Positions 1 to 8,104 of a stretch of 42,587 nucleotides of DNA are shown here, one piece after another. Each line of letters opens with the position of its first letter. Within the stretch, counting starts at the first letter, position 1. The translations under genes and the position numbers were made by a program. Location of the stretch: the NCBI GenBank assembly GCA_016182565.1, contig JACPGI010000002.1, forward strand, positions 1 through 42,587, read 5' to 3'. The notes beneath the pieces are model-generated. The model ran no database searches. It saw nothing but the letters and a program-made list of their open reading frames with translations, and was not told where the DNA came from. This DNA is from a candidate division WWE3 bacterium (GTDB lineage: Bacteria; Patescibacteriota; WWE3; UBA101185; UBA10185).

Positions 1-184
1 TTTCAATTAAATTTCTTATCTATTCTCTAAACTAAATTGAATAAATTTCATTTAAACAGCTTAATATTTTGTTGCTGATCCACTATCTCTACACAGCTTT
101 TCTTGTTTTATTAATCTCTTTAAGCTATATTTTTACTAGTTTACATTTTCTATTGTATTTAAAAATTTAATTGGAGGTTTAAAT

Positions 185-409
185 ATGGCACAAGCCGGTG
201 AAGGAGACTTAACTTTTGCACAGATGATGGAGCAAGGTGCAGCTATGAGTGATGCTGAAAAGCAAGAAGAAGCAGCAGCAATGGACGGGGGTGCGTTTGG
301 AGAGTTTCATAGATCTCAGAATAAAGCCGCCGAAGACAATGCTCTGGCGGACCCTCAGCGTAAAGGTGAAGTTTACAAAAAAGAGGCAGTTCCCTCTAAC
401 CAGAATTAA
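185..409 (+). CDS. Small acidic hypothetical protein (74 aa)
   Basis: ATG preceded by GGAGG at 173-177; Ala/Glu/Gln-rich ORF; no recognisable family. Confidence 0.6.
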   Translation: MAQAGEGDLTFAQMMEQGAAMSDAEKQEEAAAMDGGAFGEFHRSQNKAAEDNALADPQRKGEVYKKEAVPSNQN

Positions 410-452
410 TTTTTATAGCCTCAATTGGCGACATAGAAGTCCAATCAAACCC

Positions 453-481
453 TTGCCAACGCGTCTTTCCTAAAATATAAT
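453..481 (+). promoter_or_regulatory. sigma70-type promoter of rpsA
   Basis: TTGCCA (453-458), 17 nt spacer, TATAAT (476-481). Confidence 0.7.
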
Positions 482-595
482 CCCCCAGCTCATACAAAAG
501 CTTGCCAATTGTTGTGTTGCTTTGTTTTGGCATTGCTTAAAGTAATTAATTAACCAAAGCAAGGTTTGCCGCTAGGTAAACTAGAACAGTTTTCT

Positions 596-1702
596 ATGTC
601 AAAAGCTCGTAAAATATTTAAAAAAGATTCAGTAATGAACAGACTTCTTGGTGATTCCGTTATTGAAGTAAAACAATTTGCCCAAGGCGATGTTGTTGAG
701 GGTATTGTTGTTAGTGTCACTGCTAAAGAAGTTCTTCTAGACGTTGGCGCTAAGTCAGAGGGTGTTATTTTAAGTGATGAGATTGGTTCCGATGACTACG
801 TTAAAAATTTAGTTCCCGGTACTAGGGCTTTGGCTTACGTAGTTCAAGCCGAAAACGACCAAGGATACATAGTTCTTTCATTCAAAAGAGCTCAAAAAGA
901 GAGATCTTGGAGAGATGCTGAAGTTTCTTTTAAAGATGATGCTATTTTGGAAGTTGAGGTTATCGAATACAACAAAGGCGGTCTTTTGGTTGATTGTATG
1001 GGCCTTAGAGGTTTTGTACCCCTTTCCCATCTTGATAGAGTTCATTTCACAGAAGATGTGGGCAAATTTGCAGCCGGAAGCGAAGCTGAGCTTAAGGAAT
1101 CTTTAGAAGTACTTTCCGGTAAAAAACTCAAAGTAAAAGTCATAGAAATTGATCAAGAAAAAAATAGATTAGTTCTATCCGAAAAAGATGCAGTTTCAAC
1201 CTACAGCGAAGATGTACGCCAAGAAAGATTTGAAAGTGTTAAGATGGGTGATCTTCTAAATGGTGTTGTCACAGGAGTTATGCCGTTTGGTCTTTTTGTT
1301 GATATGGAAGGTCTTGAAGGTTTAGTACACATTAGTGAAATTGCTTGGGAAAAAGTAAGTCATCCAGGAAATTATTTTCAAGTCGGGTCTTCTATCCAAG
1401 TGAAAGTGATAGGAAAAGATGACATTTCTAAAAAACTCGCCCTTAGTGTAAAGCAACTTATGAATAATCCGTGGGAAACAGCCGAGGCAAAATATCCAGT
1501 CGGAACTGTAGTCAAAGGTAAAGTAAGTAAAATTGTCCCATTTGGAGCATTTGTAAATCTTGAGAAAGGGCTTGACGGTTTGATTCACGTATCTGAGGCA
1601 ACAAGACCACTTATTGACGGTGAGGAAGTGGAAGCCACAGTTACAAATGTTGACGGAGCAAATCAAAAACTGGCACTAAGCATGAGAACTGCAGAAAAAT
1701 AA
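596..1702 (+). CDS. rpsA: 30S ribosomal protein S1, short form with about 4 S1 domains
   Basis: Repeated S1 motifs (LRGFVPLSHL, PFGLFVDMEGLEGLVHISEI, PFGAFVNLEKGLDGLIHVSE); ATG 596 preferred over TTG 566. Confidence 0.93.
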   Translation: MSKARKIFKKDSVMNRLLGDSVIEVKQFAQGDVVEGIVVSVTAKEVLLDVGAKSEGVILSDEIGSDDYVKNLVPGTRALAYVVQAENDQGYIVLSFKRAQKERSWRDAEVSFKDDAILEVEVIEYNKGGLLVDCMGLRGFVPLSHLDRVHFTEDVGKFAAGSEAELKESLEVLSGKKLKVKVIEIDQEKNRLVLSEKDAVSTYSEDVRQERFESVKMGDLLNGVVTGVMPFGLFVDMEGLEGLVHISEIAWEKVSHPGNYFQVGSSIQVKVIGKDDISKKLALSVKQLMNNPWETAEAKYPVGTVVKGKVSKIVPFGAFVNLEKGLDGLIHVSEATRPLIDGEEVEATVTNVDGANQKLALSMRTAEK

Positions 1703-1757
1703 AGGCGATTTAGTAATTTTGATGGAAAAAAGATTTTAAAAAAAAGGACAGACTAGT

Positions 1758-4064
1758 ATGACCATTGAGCGCCTTACAGATAGAGCAAAGTCTGTGATAC
1801 AAAGTGTAATTAGTGATAAAACCAACAATATTTCGGAAAGTAATTTGCCGAAGGCTAAAGGTGTGATGGATCTTTTACTAAAGGTTGGTGGGGTAGGTAG
1901 CCTTATTATTAAAAACAATCCCGAGCTTAAATTTAACCAAGCGATGTCAATAAAGATAGGTGACTTGGTAGAAAAGGCTTATTTTTTCTCCGCAAAGTTT
2001 AATCATCTATATGTTGGTACCGAACATTTGCTTTTAGCTCTTCTTGACCTAACAAGTTCGCCAAACCTGGAACATATCAAAAAACAACTTCAAAAAATAA
2101 ATATTTTTCCAAATACTCCTGTCCTAAACGAAAATGAAACCAATACCCCTTTTATGGAAGCATTTGGGGTTAACTTGAACAAGAAAATAGTTCAGAATAA
2201 GAGTTTATTGCCGGTTCATCGTAGTGAACTTAACTCCTTGATTGCTGTTTTACTAAAAAAAGAAAGTTCCAATGCATTGATAGTGGGAGAAGTGGGGGTT
2301 GGAAGAAAAACTTTGGTGGAGCTTTTAGTTCACAAAATAAATTCACTTGATACCCCCTCAGCACTAGCCGGTTATCAAATAGTAGAATTTGATGCTATGG
2401 CGTTTATAGCAAACGTATCAGCCAGGGAGGGGTTTGAGTCTGCTATTACAGCACTCCTTGAGGATTTGGATAAGATGGGGGATATCATTTTATACATTAA
2501 AGACTTGCAAACACTCTTTGTAGGTACAAGTGGGGGTATTGCAGTTCCTTTTGTTTTCTCTATGCTTAGATCTTATCTTCTGGAGTCCGGTATAAGTATA
2601 ATTGGTGTTTTAAGTACCGATTTTTATACAAGACTTGAGACTGAAAACTCAAATTTTCTTGATGGTTTTGACATAATAAAACTGACTGAGCCTACAGAGA
2701 GTGAAACAATTGCTATTCTTAGAGCAAAGCTTGCAAGTTTAAGTCAATATCACAGCATCAATATATCAGATCAATTGCTTAAATATACTTTCGATAAAGC
2801 AAAAAATGGTATAAAGAACACTAATTTTCCCCAAAAGGCTATTTCACTCCTTGACCATGCCTGTGCAATGTTACTTATTAAAAAAGATATCATTCCGGCC
2901 ACCTATAAGACACTTATAGATAAGAAGGCTTTTCTTACAGAAGAGTTAAACACTTCCATGGAAGCAGGCGATTTTGTTAAGGGACATAGTAACAAGAAAA
3001 AACTTTTAAGTATTGAAAATTCCCTAAAAAGCTTTAGAGATAAGATTAAGGTGGAAAAAAAGTTTAATTTAACAACTTTAGAGATTGATGAGGCTATGGA
3101 GGATTTAGGGTTTAATGACTTTTTATTTGATTCAAAAGCCGATCTTAAGCAGTTAAGTGGGCTTTCAGCAAAAATAAAACAAAAAATAATTGGACAAGGT
3201 ATAGCGGTTGATACTGTAGCAAGAGCACTTATTAGGTCAAAGCTTGGTTTAAGATCAAAAAAAAGACCACTCGGCAATTTCTTATTTTTGGGACCAACTG
3301 GTGTAGGAAAGACCGAACTTGCAAAAGTATTATCCGAGTCAGTTTTTAACGAAAACGGTTTAATTCGTCTTGATATGAGTGATTTTGGCGAAAAGCATAC
3401 TGTAGCAAGACTTGTTGGCGCACCTCCGGGTTATGTTGGTTACGGCGAAGGTGGAGAATTAACCTCAAAAATTGAGGAAAATCCAAATTCCGTAGTTTTA
3501 TTTGATGAAATAGAAAAAGCTCATCCTGATGTGCTAAATATACTCCTTCAGATTATGGAGGAAGGAGAATTAAGTGATGCTAAAGGTAATAGATTTGATT
3601 TTTCCAAGTCGGTTGTGATTTTGACAAGTAATATTGGTTCAGAGCTAATTTTTAAAAAAGACATTGGGTTTATAGAGGGGGTTGCAAGTGAAAACAGGGT
3701 AGAGGATAGGCTAAAAGATAATCTCAAAAAAATCATGAAGCCAGAGCTTATCAACAGATTTGACGAGGTTATTATATTTAAAAAACTTGGTGCGCAGGAT
3801 CAAAAACAGATTTTAGATCTACTTCTTGCCGAAATTGACACTACCTTAAAGAAGCAAAATGTTCACATAAAACTAAGCCAATCAGCAAAAAGAAACTTAC
3901 TCAAAACTGGTTATAGTAATGAATATGGGGCTAGAGGACTTCGTAGAACTCTAGAAGTAGAATTGCTGGACTCTATTGCAGAATTCTTGCTAAAAACTCC
4001 AGCAAGACCCTTAAAGCTTAAAATGGATCTAAACAAAAAGGGCAAAATAATTCCCACCACTTAA
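1758..4064 (+). CDS. clpC: ClpC-like Hsp100 AAA+ ATPase with degenerate first nucleotide-binding domain
   Basis: Clp N-domain motif (YVGTEHLLLALL); intact D2 (GPTGVGKT, VVLFDEIEKAHPDV, GYVG pore loop); IGF loop; upstream of radA. Confidence 0.85.
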   Translation: MTIERLTDRAKSVIQSVISDKTNNISESNLPKAKGVMDLLLKVGGVGSLIIKNNPELKFNQAMSIKIGDLVEKAYFFSAKFNHLYVGTEHLLLALLDLTSSPNLEHIKKQLQKINIFPNTPVLNENETNTPFMEAFGVNLNKKIVQNKSLLPVHRSELNSLIAVLLKKESSNALIVGEVGVGRKTLVELLVHKINSLDTPSALAGYQIVEFDAMAFIANVSAREGFESAITALLEDLDKMGDIILYIKDLQTLFVGTSGGIAVPFVFSMLRSYLLESGISIIGVLSTDFYTRLETENSNFLDGFDIIKLTEPTESETIAILRAKLASLSQYHSINISDQLLKYTFDKAKNGIKNTNFPQKAISLLDHACAMLLIKKDIIPATYKTLIDKKAFLTEELNTSMEAGDFVKGHSNKKKLLSIENSLKSFRDKIKVEKKFNLTTLEIDEAMEDLGFNDFLFDSKADLKQLSGLSAKIKQKIIGQGIAVDTVARALIRSKLGLRSKKRPLGNFLFLGPTGVGKTELAKVLSESVFNENGLIRLDMSDFGEKHTVARLVGAPPGYVGYGEGGELTSKIEENPNSVVLFDEIEKAHPDVLNILLQIMEEGELSDAKGNRFDFSKSVVILTSNIGSELIFKKDIGFIEGVASENRVEDRLKDNLKKIMKPELINRFDEVIIFKKLGAQDQKQILDLLLAEIDTTLKKQNVHIKLSQSAKRNLLKTGYSNEYGARGLRRTLEVELLDSIAEFLLKTPARPLKLKMDLNKKGKIIPTT

Positions 4065-4126
4065 TTTTCCAGTAGTCTAGAATTTTGGATATTCTTCGGT
4101 AATAAATTTCCTGCTACACTCTTAGT

Positions 4127-5464
4127 ATGGCAACACGTTTTGTATGTCAATCATGTGAATATCAAACTCCGAATTGGCTAGGCCAGTGCCCAAAATGCCT
4201 TGAATGGAATACTTTGGTTGAAACTGAGGTATTAATTTCTAAAAGCTCAACTCGCGGTGGTGGAAGTTTTGGTTCCAAAGGTTTTTCAGGGAGCAGTGGA
4301 AAAAAGCCAATTTTATTAAGTGATGTTAAAGCAACCGATACTAAAAGAGTTTCTTCTGGGTCAAGAGAGTTTGATAGAGTACTTGGTGGGGGGTTTGTAC
4401 CTGGGCAGGTAGTACTTCTTGCGGGGGATCCTGGAGTTGGTAAGAGTACATTACTTACTCAAGTGGCTAAGAATATGCCAAGCAAAAGGATATTGTATAT
4501 ATGTGGTGAAGAGAGTGTAAGTCAGGTTAAAGTACGTGCTAATCGTATGGGCTATGACGGGAAGAACTTACTTGTCGTTTCAGAGACCGATACAGAAGCC
4601 ATAGCTTTTCTTATCGAAAGTGAGGCTTCCAAAATTGGTCTTGTGATAGTTGACTCTATACAAACTCTAACTTCTCAAGATTTTGTAGGTACGGCAGGAT
4701 CTGTTGGGCAAATCAAAAGTGGTACGCAAAAGCTCTCCTACTGCGCAAAAACTACTCATACTCCATTAATTCTTGTAGGTCATGTGACAAAGGAGGGCTC
4801 GGTTGCAGGTCCAAAAGTATTAGAGCATATTGTTGATACCGTTCTTTATCTAGAAGGTGATGCCCAGCATATGTTTCGCATTTTAAAAACAACAAAGAAT
4901 AGATTTGGTGCCGTATCTGAAACCGGTATTTTTGAGATGATAGAAGAGGGGATGCGAGAAGTTGATAATCCATCAGAACTTTTCTTAAGCGAAAGACTAA
5001 AGTCAGAATCTGGTTCGTGTGTTACAGTTGTTATGGAAGGTTATAGACCAATACTTTTTGAAATTCAGGCTCTTACATCAAAAACAAGCTTTGGGTATCC
5101 AAGACGCACATCTACCGGATTTAATGTGAATAGACTCCAAGTTTTGATTGCAGTGCTTGAAAAGCATTGCGGATTAGATTTAAGTCAACACGACGTATAT
5201 ATAAATGTGGCGGGAGGATTTAAAGTTGCAGAGTATGCATCAGATCTTGCTGTATGCAGCGCAATTGCCTCTTCCTTGAAGAATAAACCGGTAAGTGGTA
5301 AAACTGTCGCCTTTGGTGAAGTGGGGCTTTCTGGGGAGATAAGGCGTGTTACTTATGAAGATAAAAGAGTAAAAGAAGCTAAGAAGTTGGGTTATACTAA
5401 TGTTGTAAGCCCTCTAAAGACAAAATCTGTTAGAGATGCCCTAAAACAAATTTTAACTGCCTAA
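4127..5464 (+). CDS. radA: DNA repair protein RadA/Sms
   Basis: N-terminal C4 zinc finger, Walker A GDPGVGKST, KNRFG motif, Lon-like C-terminus. Confidence 0.97.
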   Translation: MATRFVCQSCEYQTPNWLGQCPKCLEWNTLVETEVLISKSSTRGGGSFGSKGFSGSSGKKPILLSDVKATDTKRVSSGSREFDRVLGGGFVPGQVVLLAGDPGVGKSTLLTQVAKNMPSKRILYICGEESVSQVKVRANRMGYDGKNLLVVSETDTEAIAFLIESEASKIGLVIVDSIQTLTSQDFVGTAGSVGQIKSGTQKLSYCAKTTHTPLILVGHVTKEGSVAGPKVLEHIVDTVLYLEGDAQHMFRILKTTKNRFGAVSETGIFEMIEEGMREVDNPSELFLSERLKSESGSCVTVVMEGYRPILFEIQALTSKTSFGYPRRTSTGFNVNRLQVLIAVLEKHCGLDLSQHDVYINVAGGFKVAEYASDLAVCSAIASSLKNKPVSGKTVAFGEVGLSGEIRRVTYEDKRVKEAKKLGYTNVVSPLKTKSVRDALKQILTA

Positions 5465-5488
5465 CTATGATATATAGAATGAACTGTC

Positions 5489-6511
5489 ATGATGGTAACA
5501 AAGAAAAAAACGAATACAGCAAAAACGTCAAGTGTAGAAAAGAAAAAGAATGTAATTATAAAAACTTTAGAAAAGCCCCCAATTTGGCAGTTTCTTGTTA
5601 AAGCAGTACTAGGAGCACTCCTTTTTATTTTTGGTTTTTCCATTTCGTACTCAAAATTTTTTTTTGATAATCCTATTTTTGGAGTTAGGTTTCTTGCTGA
5701 AACTTTGATAGGTCTTGCAGCGGGTGTGTTTGGCTACCATACAATTCCTTTGATAGCGGCAAAAATTAAAGAATGGATCGAATATTTCTTGTCTGATACT
5801 GTAAGTCGAATTGTAAACGAATTTTGGGATCAACAAAGTAGGAAAATTCAAAATGCTAGGCGCGAGAAGCAAAAGCAAAAAAATAAAGAACTTGAAACCA
5901 AAAACAAAGAAATTTTGAGGAGCTCACTTCTTATTGACACTTCAGTTTTGATAGACGGTAGGGTGCTGGATGTTGCAAAGACAGGTTTTTTTGATTTTGA
6001 GGTATGTATTCCTCAGTCTGTTGTAGATGAAATGCATTTGGTTTCAGATAGTGCTGATGATTTGAAGCGTCAAAGGGGAAGACGCGGCCTTGATATGCTA
6101 AATGGTATGCGAAAACTTGGTAAAGCTAAAATTTTTACAGATCCTGGAGACATTTCCAAAAAAGATGGGGTAGATAAAGAACTTATTCGTCTTGCAAAAA
6201 AATACAAAATGAAGCTTATGACGATGGACTTTAATTTAAACAAAGTTGCAAAGGCTACGGGTATTGAAGTTTTAAATCTAAATGAGCTTGTGAATGCCTT
6301 AAAAGTAAATGCACTGCCTGGGGAAGTAATTGAAGTAAAGATTGTTCAAAAGGGAAAAGAAGCAGGGCAGGGAGTAGGGTATTTTCAAGACGGAACCATG
6401 ATTGTCGTTGAGGGGGCGGGGGATATGCAGGGCAAAAAGATAAGTGCTACCGTGTCACGTATCATACAAACTGATGCGGGTAAGATGGTGTTTTGTGTGT
6501 TGGGGGGTTAA
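5489..6511 (+). CDS. yacL: Membrane-anchored PIN/TRAM domain protein (YacL-like)
   Basis: Two N-terminal TM segments; PIN motifs (IDTSVLIDGR, RGRRGLDML, TMDFNLNKVA); TRAM motif (QGVGYFQDGTMIVVE); position after radA. Confidence 0.9.
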   Translation: MMVTKKKTNTAKTSSVEKKKNVIIKTLEKPPIWQFLVKAVLGALLFIFGFSISYSKFFFDNPIFGVRFLAETLIGLAAGVFGYHTIPLIAAKIKEWIEYFLSDTVSRIVNEFWDQQSRKIQNARREKQKQKNKELETKNKEILRSSLLIDTSVLIDGRVLDVAKTGFFDFEVCIPQSVVDEMHLVSDSADDLKRQRGRRGLDMLNGMRKLGKAKIFTDPGDISKKDGVDKELIRLAKKYKMKLMTMDFNLNKVAKATGIEVLNLNELVNALKVNALPGEVIEVKIVQKGKEAGQGVGYFQDGTMIVVEGAGDMQGKKISATVSRIIQTDAGKMVFCVLGG

Positions 6512-6627
6512 ATTTTTCCTATTCTCAATAGAATATAGTTACTTTTTGTTTCCTTTGCACTGGTATCTAATTTCATTTAATTCCGGAAGTTACTTAATAA
6601 GTTTATATAGTTGACTATGTAGTTAAA

Positions 6628-6637
6628 TGTATATACA
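6628..6637. promoter_or_regulatory. Candidate brnTA operator
   Basis: Perfect palindrome TGTATATACA directly before the ATG; near-palindrome TATATAGT-TG-ACTATGTA just upstream. Confidence 0.45.
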
Positions 6638-6826
6638 ATGATTACAGAAAATAAAGATATAGTACTACCCGCACCTCTTGATTTCGACTGGGATATAGGT
6701 ATAGGGAATACAGGTATTGGAAGATTGCTGTTTATTGTCTTCACGTTAAGAGGCCGAAAAGTCAGAGTTATTTCAGCTAGAGATAGCAATAAAAAAGAAA
6801 GAAAATTGTATGAAAAAATACCTTAA
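6638..6826 (+). pseudogene. brnT: BrnT-family toxin with in-frame internal deletion (62 aa)
   Basis: FDWD N-terminal motif joined almost directly to GRLLFIVFTLRGRKVRVISARD; the central N..KH..E segment is missing; overlaps the antitoxin gene. Confidence 0.75.
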
Positions 6827-7073
6827 ATTACCAAAATTTAAAAATGAGGATGAAGAGAGAGATTTTTGGGCAAATATAGATCTAACTGATTATTTTGAGC
6901 CTAGTGATTTTGCGAGGGTTTCTTTCCCAAATTTAAAAATACCTTCTAGACCTATTTCTATAAGATTACCTGAGGGGATGTTAGATAAGTTAAGGCAGAA
7001 AGCGTCTTCAATAGGTGTGCCGTATCAGACCTTAATTAAAAAATACATTGCCAAAGGGCTTAATTTAAAATAA
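6810..7073 (+). CDS. brnA: BrnA/CopG-family ribbon-helix-helix antitoxin
   Basis: PKFKNEDEERDFW N-terminus; ISIRLP...GVPYQTLIK RHH motif; overlaps brnT. Confidence 0.85.
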   Translation: MKKYLKLPKFKNEDEERDFWANIDLTDYFEPSDFARVSFPNLKIPSRPISIRLPEGMLDKLRQKASSIGVPYQTLIKKYIAKGLNLK

Positions 7074-7079
7074 ACCCAT

Positions 7080-7487
7080 CTATATCTCGCTTGGATCACA
7101 ATAATCAATAAAATCTAACTTCTTAATTTCCTTATCAAAAGTGCAAATTTTACATCCTTGGGGGACCTGTTGTGCTATTAATATGTCTGTGAACTTTACA
7201 TTATATTTTTCAAGAAGGAGCAATGCTTTCTTGAAGTTAGTTTTTTCTATTAGAGTGAGATTTTTTATATCAAGAATCTCTTTTATAAAATTCACTGCTT
7301 CTTGCTTTGGCACTTTATAAAATTTTGTTAATGTATGAAAGATTTCTAAAAGTACAATGGTAGAGGAGTAGGGTCTTATTAATCCATTTTCTATTTGTGT
7401 GAGAATCTTTGTGACTTGTGCATGCTTTTTTAAGTCTTCTTTTACTATTATGCGTAAAAATAAATTTGTATCAAGAAATAATTTCAT
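7080..7487 (-). CDS. vapC: PIN-domain (VapC-like) toxin
   Basis: FLDTN motif plus E48, D101 and TFD acidic residues; 4-nt overlap with the upstream antitoxin. Confidence 0.88.
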   Translation of the reverse strand: MKLFLDTNLFLRIIVKEDLKKHAQVTKILTQIENGLIRPYSSTIVLLEIFHTLTKFYKVPKQEAVNFIKEILDIKNLTLIEKTNFKKALLLLEKYNVKFTDILIAQQVPQGCKICTFDKEIKKLDFIDYCDPSEI

Positions 7488-7726
7488 AAATCCGAATAAT
7501 CAATTAGATCTCTTATGTTATCAATATCAATATCTTTTCCTTTTGTATATTTCTCGAGTTTCTTAGCTAGGTCTAGTAGAGAGGTTTTTGTGACTGGCTC
7601 AATTATAATTTTACCTTCCATAGCTGTTATTTTAGCCTTTCCTGGCTTTGTGAGCATAAGCTGTTTCCTAATTTCCTTAGGAATATGTATTTGGTACTTT
7701 GATGTTATTGCAGAATACGTAGACAT
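7484..7726 (-). CDS. AbrB/MazE-family antitoxin
   Basis: ITSKYQIHIPKEIRKQL swapped-hairpin motif; coupled to the PIN toxin. Confidence 0.88.
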   Translation of the reverse strand: MSTYSAITSKYQIHIPKEIRKQLMLTKPGKAKITAMEGKIIIEPVTKTSLLDLAKKLEKYTKGKDIDIDNIRDLIDYSDL

Positions 7727-7728
7727 AT

Positions 7729-7750
7729 TATTGACAATAACATGTCAATA
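7729..7750 (-). promoter_or_regulatory. Inverted-repeat operator over the extended -10 box of the antitoxin gene
   Basis: TATTGACA-N6-TGTCAATA; the minus strand reads TG-T-TATTGT, 7 nt, ATG. Confidence 0.6.
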
Positions 7751-7834
7751 GAGATATGTAAAATATAAACATAGGGATTTTGTACGTGAAGTTTTTTTAT
7801 ATATTTTACGATTTGAATGGTCGAAAAATGCCTA

Positions 7835-7893
7835 CAAAAAAAACGTCCCGATGGAAGCGACTAAGAGCGGCAACCCCAGTAACGTTTTTTTTG
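7835..7893 (-). terminator. Long hairpin with A8/T8 arms, probable intrinsic terminator
   Basis: 12-bp perfect stem CAAAAAAAACGT / ACGTTTTTTTTG around a 35-nt GC-rich core. Confidence 0.55.
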
Positions 7894-7931
7894 ATAAAGT
7901 CATATTCAATAAAGAATATAACGATAAGACC

Positions 7932-7960
7932 TTAGTGCTTCTGGACAGAGGAAGCACTAA
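7932..7960. other. Perfect 10-bp stem-loop
   Basis: TTAGTGCTTC-N9-GAAGCACTAA. Confidence 0.6.
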
Positions 7961-8104
7961 TTGATCTCAACTTAGAACAATTAGTAATGTATAACAAGCT
8001 ATGTATATTGGAGAGTTTGGAAAATTAATTTTTCATAGCAACAAAAAACACCAAACATTACAACACACGTTGCTTTGTATTTTTAACCAATCTGTAACTC
8101 TTTC

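Noticed and set aside
6695-6706. ATAGGT-ATAGGG as proof of microhomology-mediated deletion in brnT
   Set aside because: A simple microhomology deletion would leave one copy rather than two, so the mechanism cannot be inferred without the intact allele.
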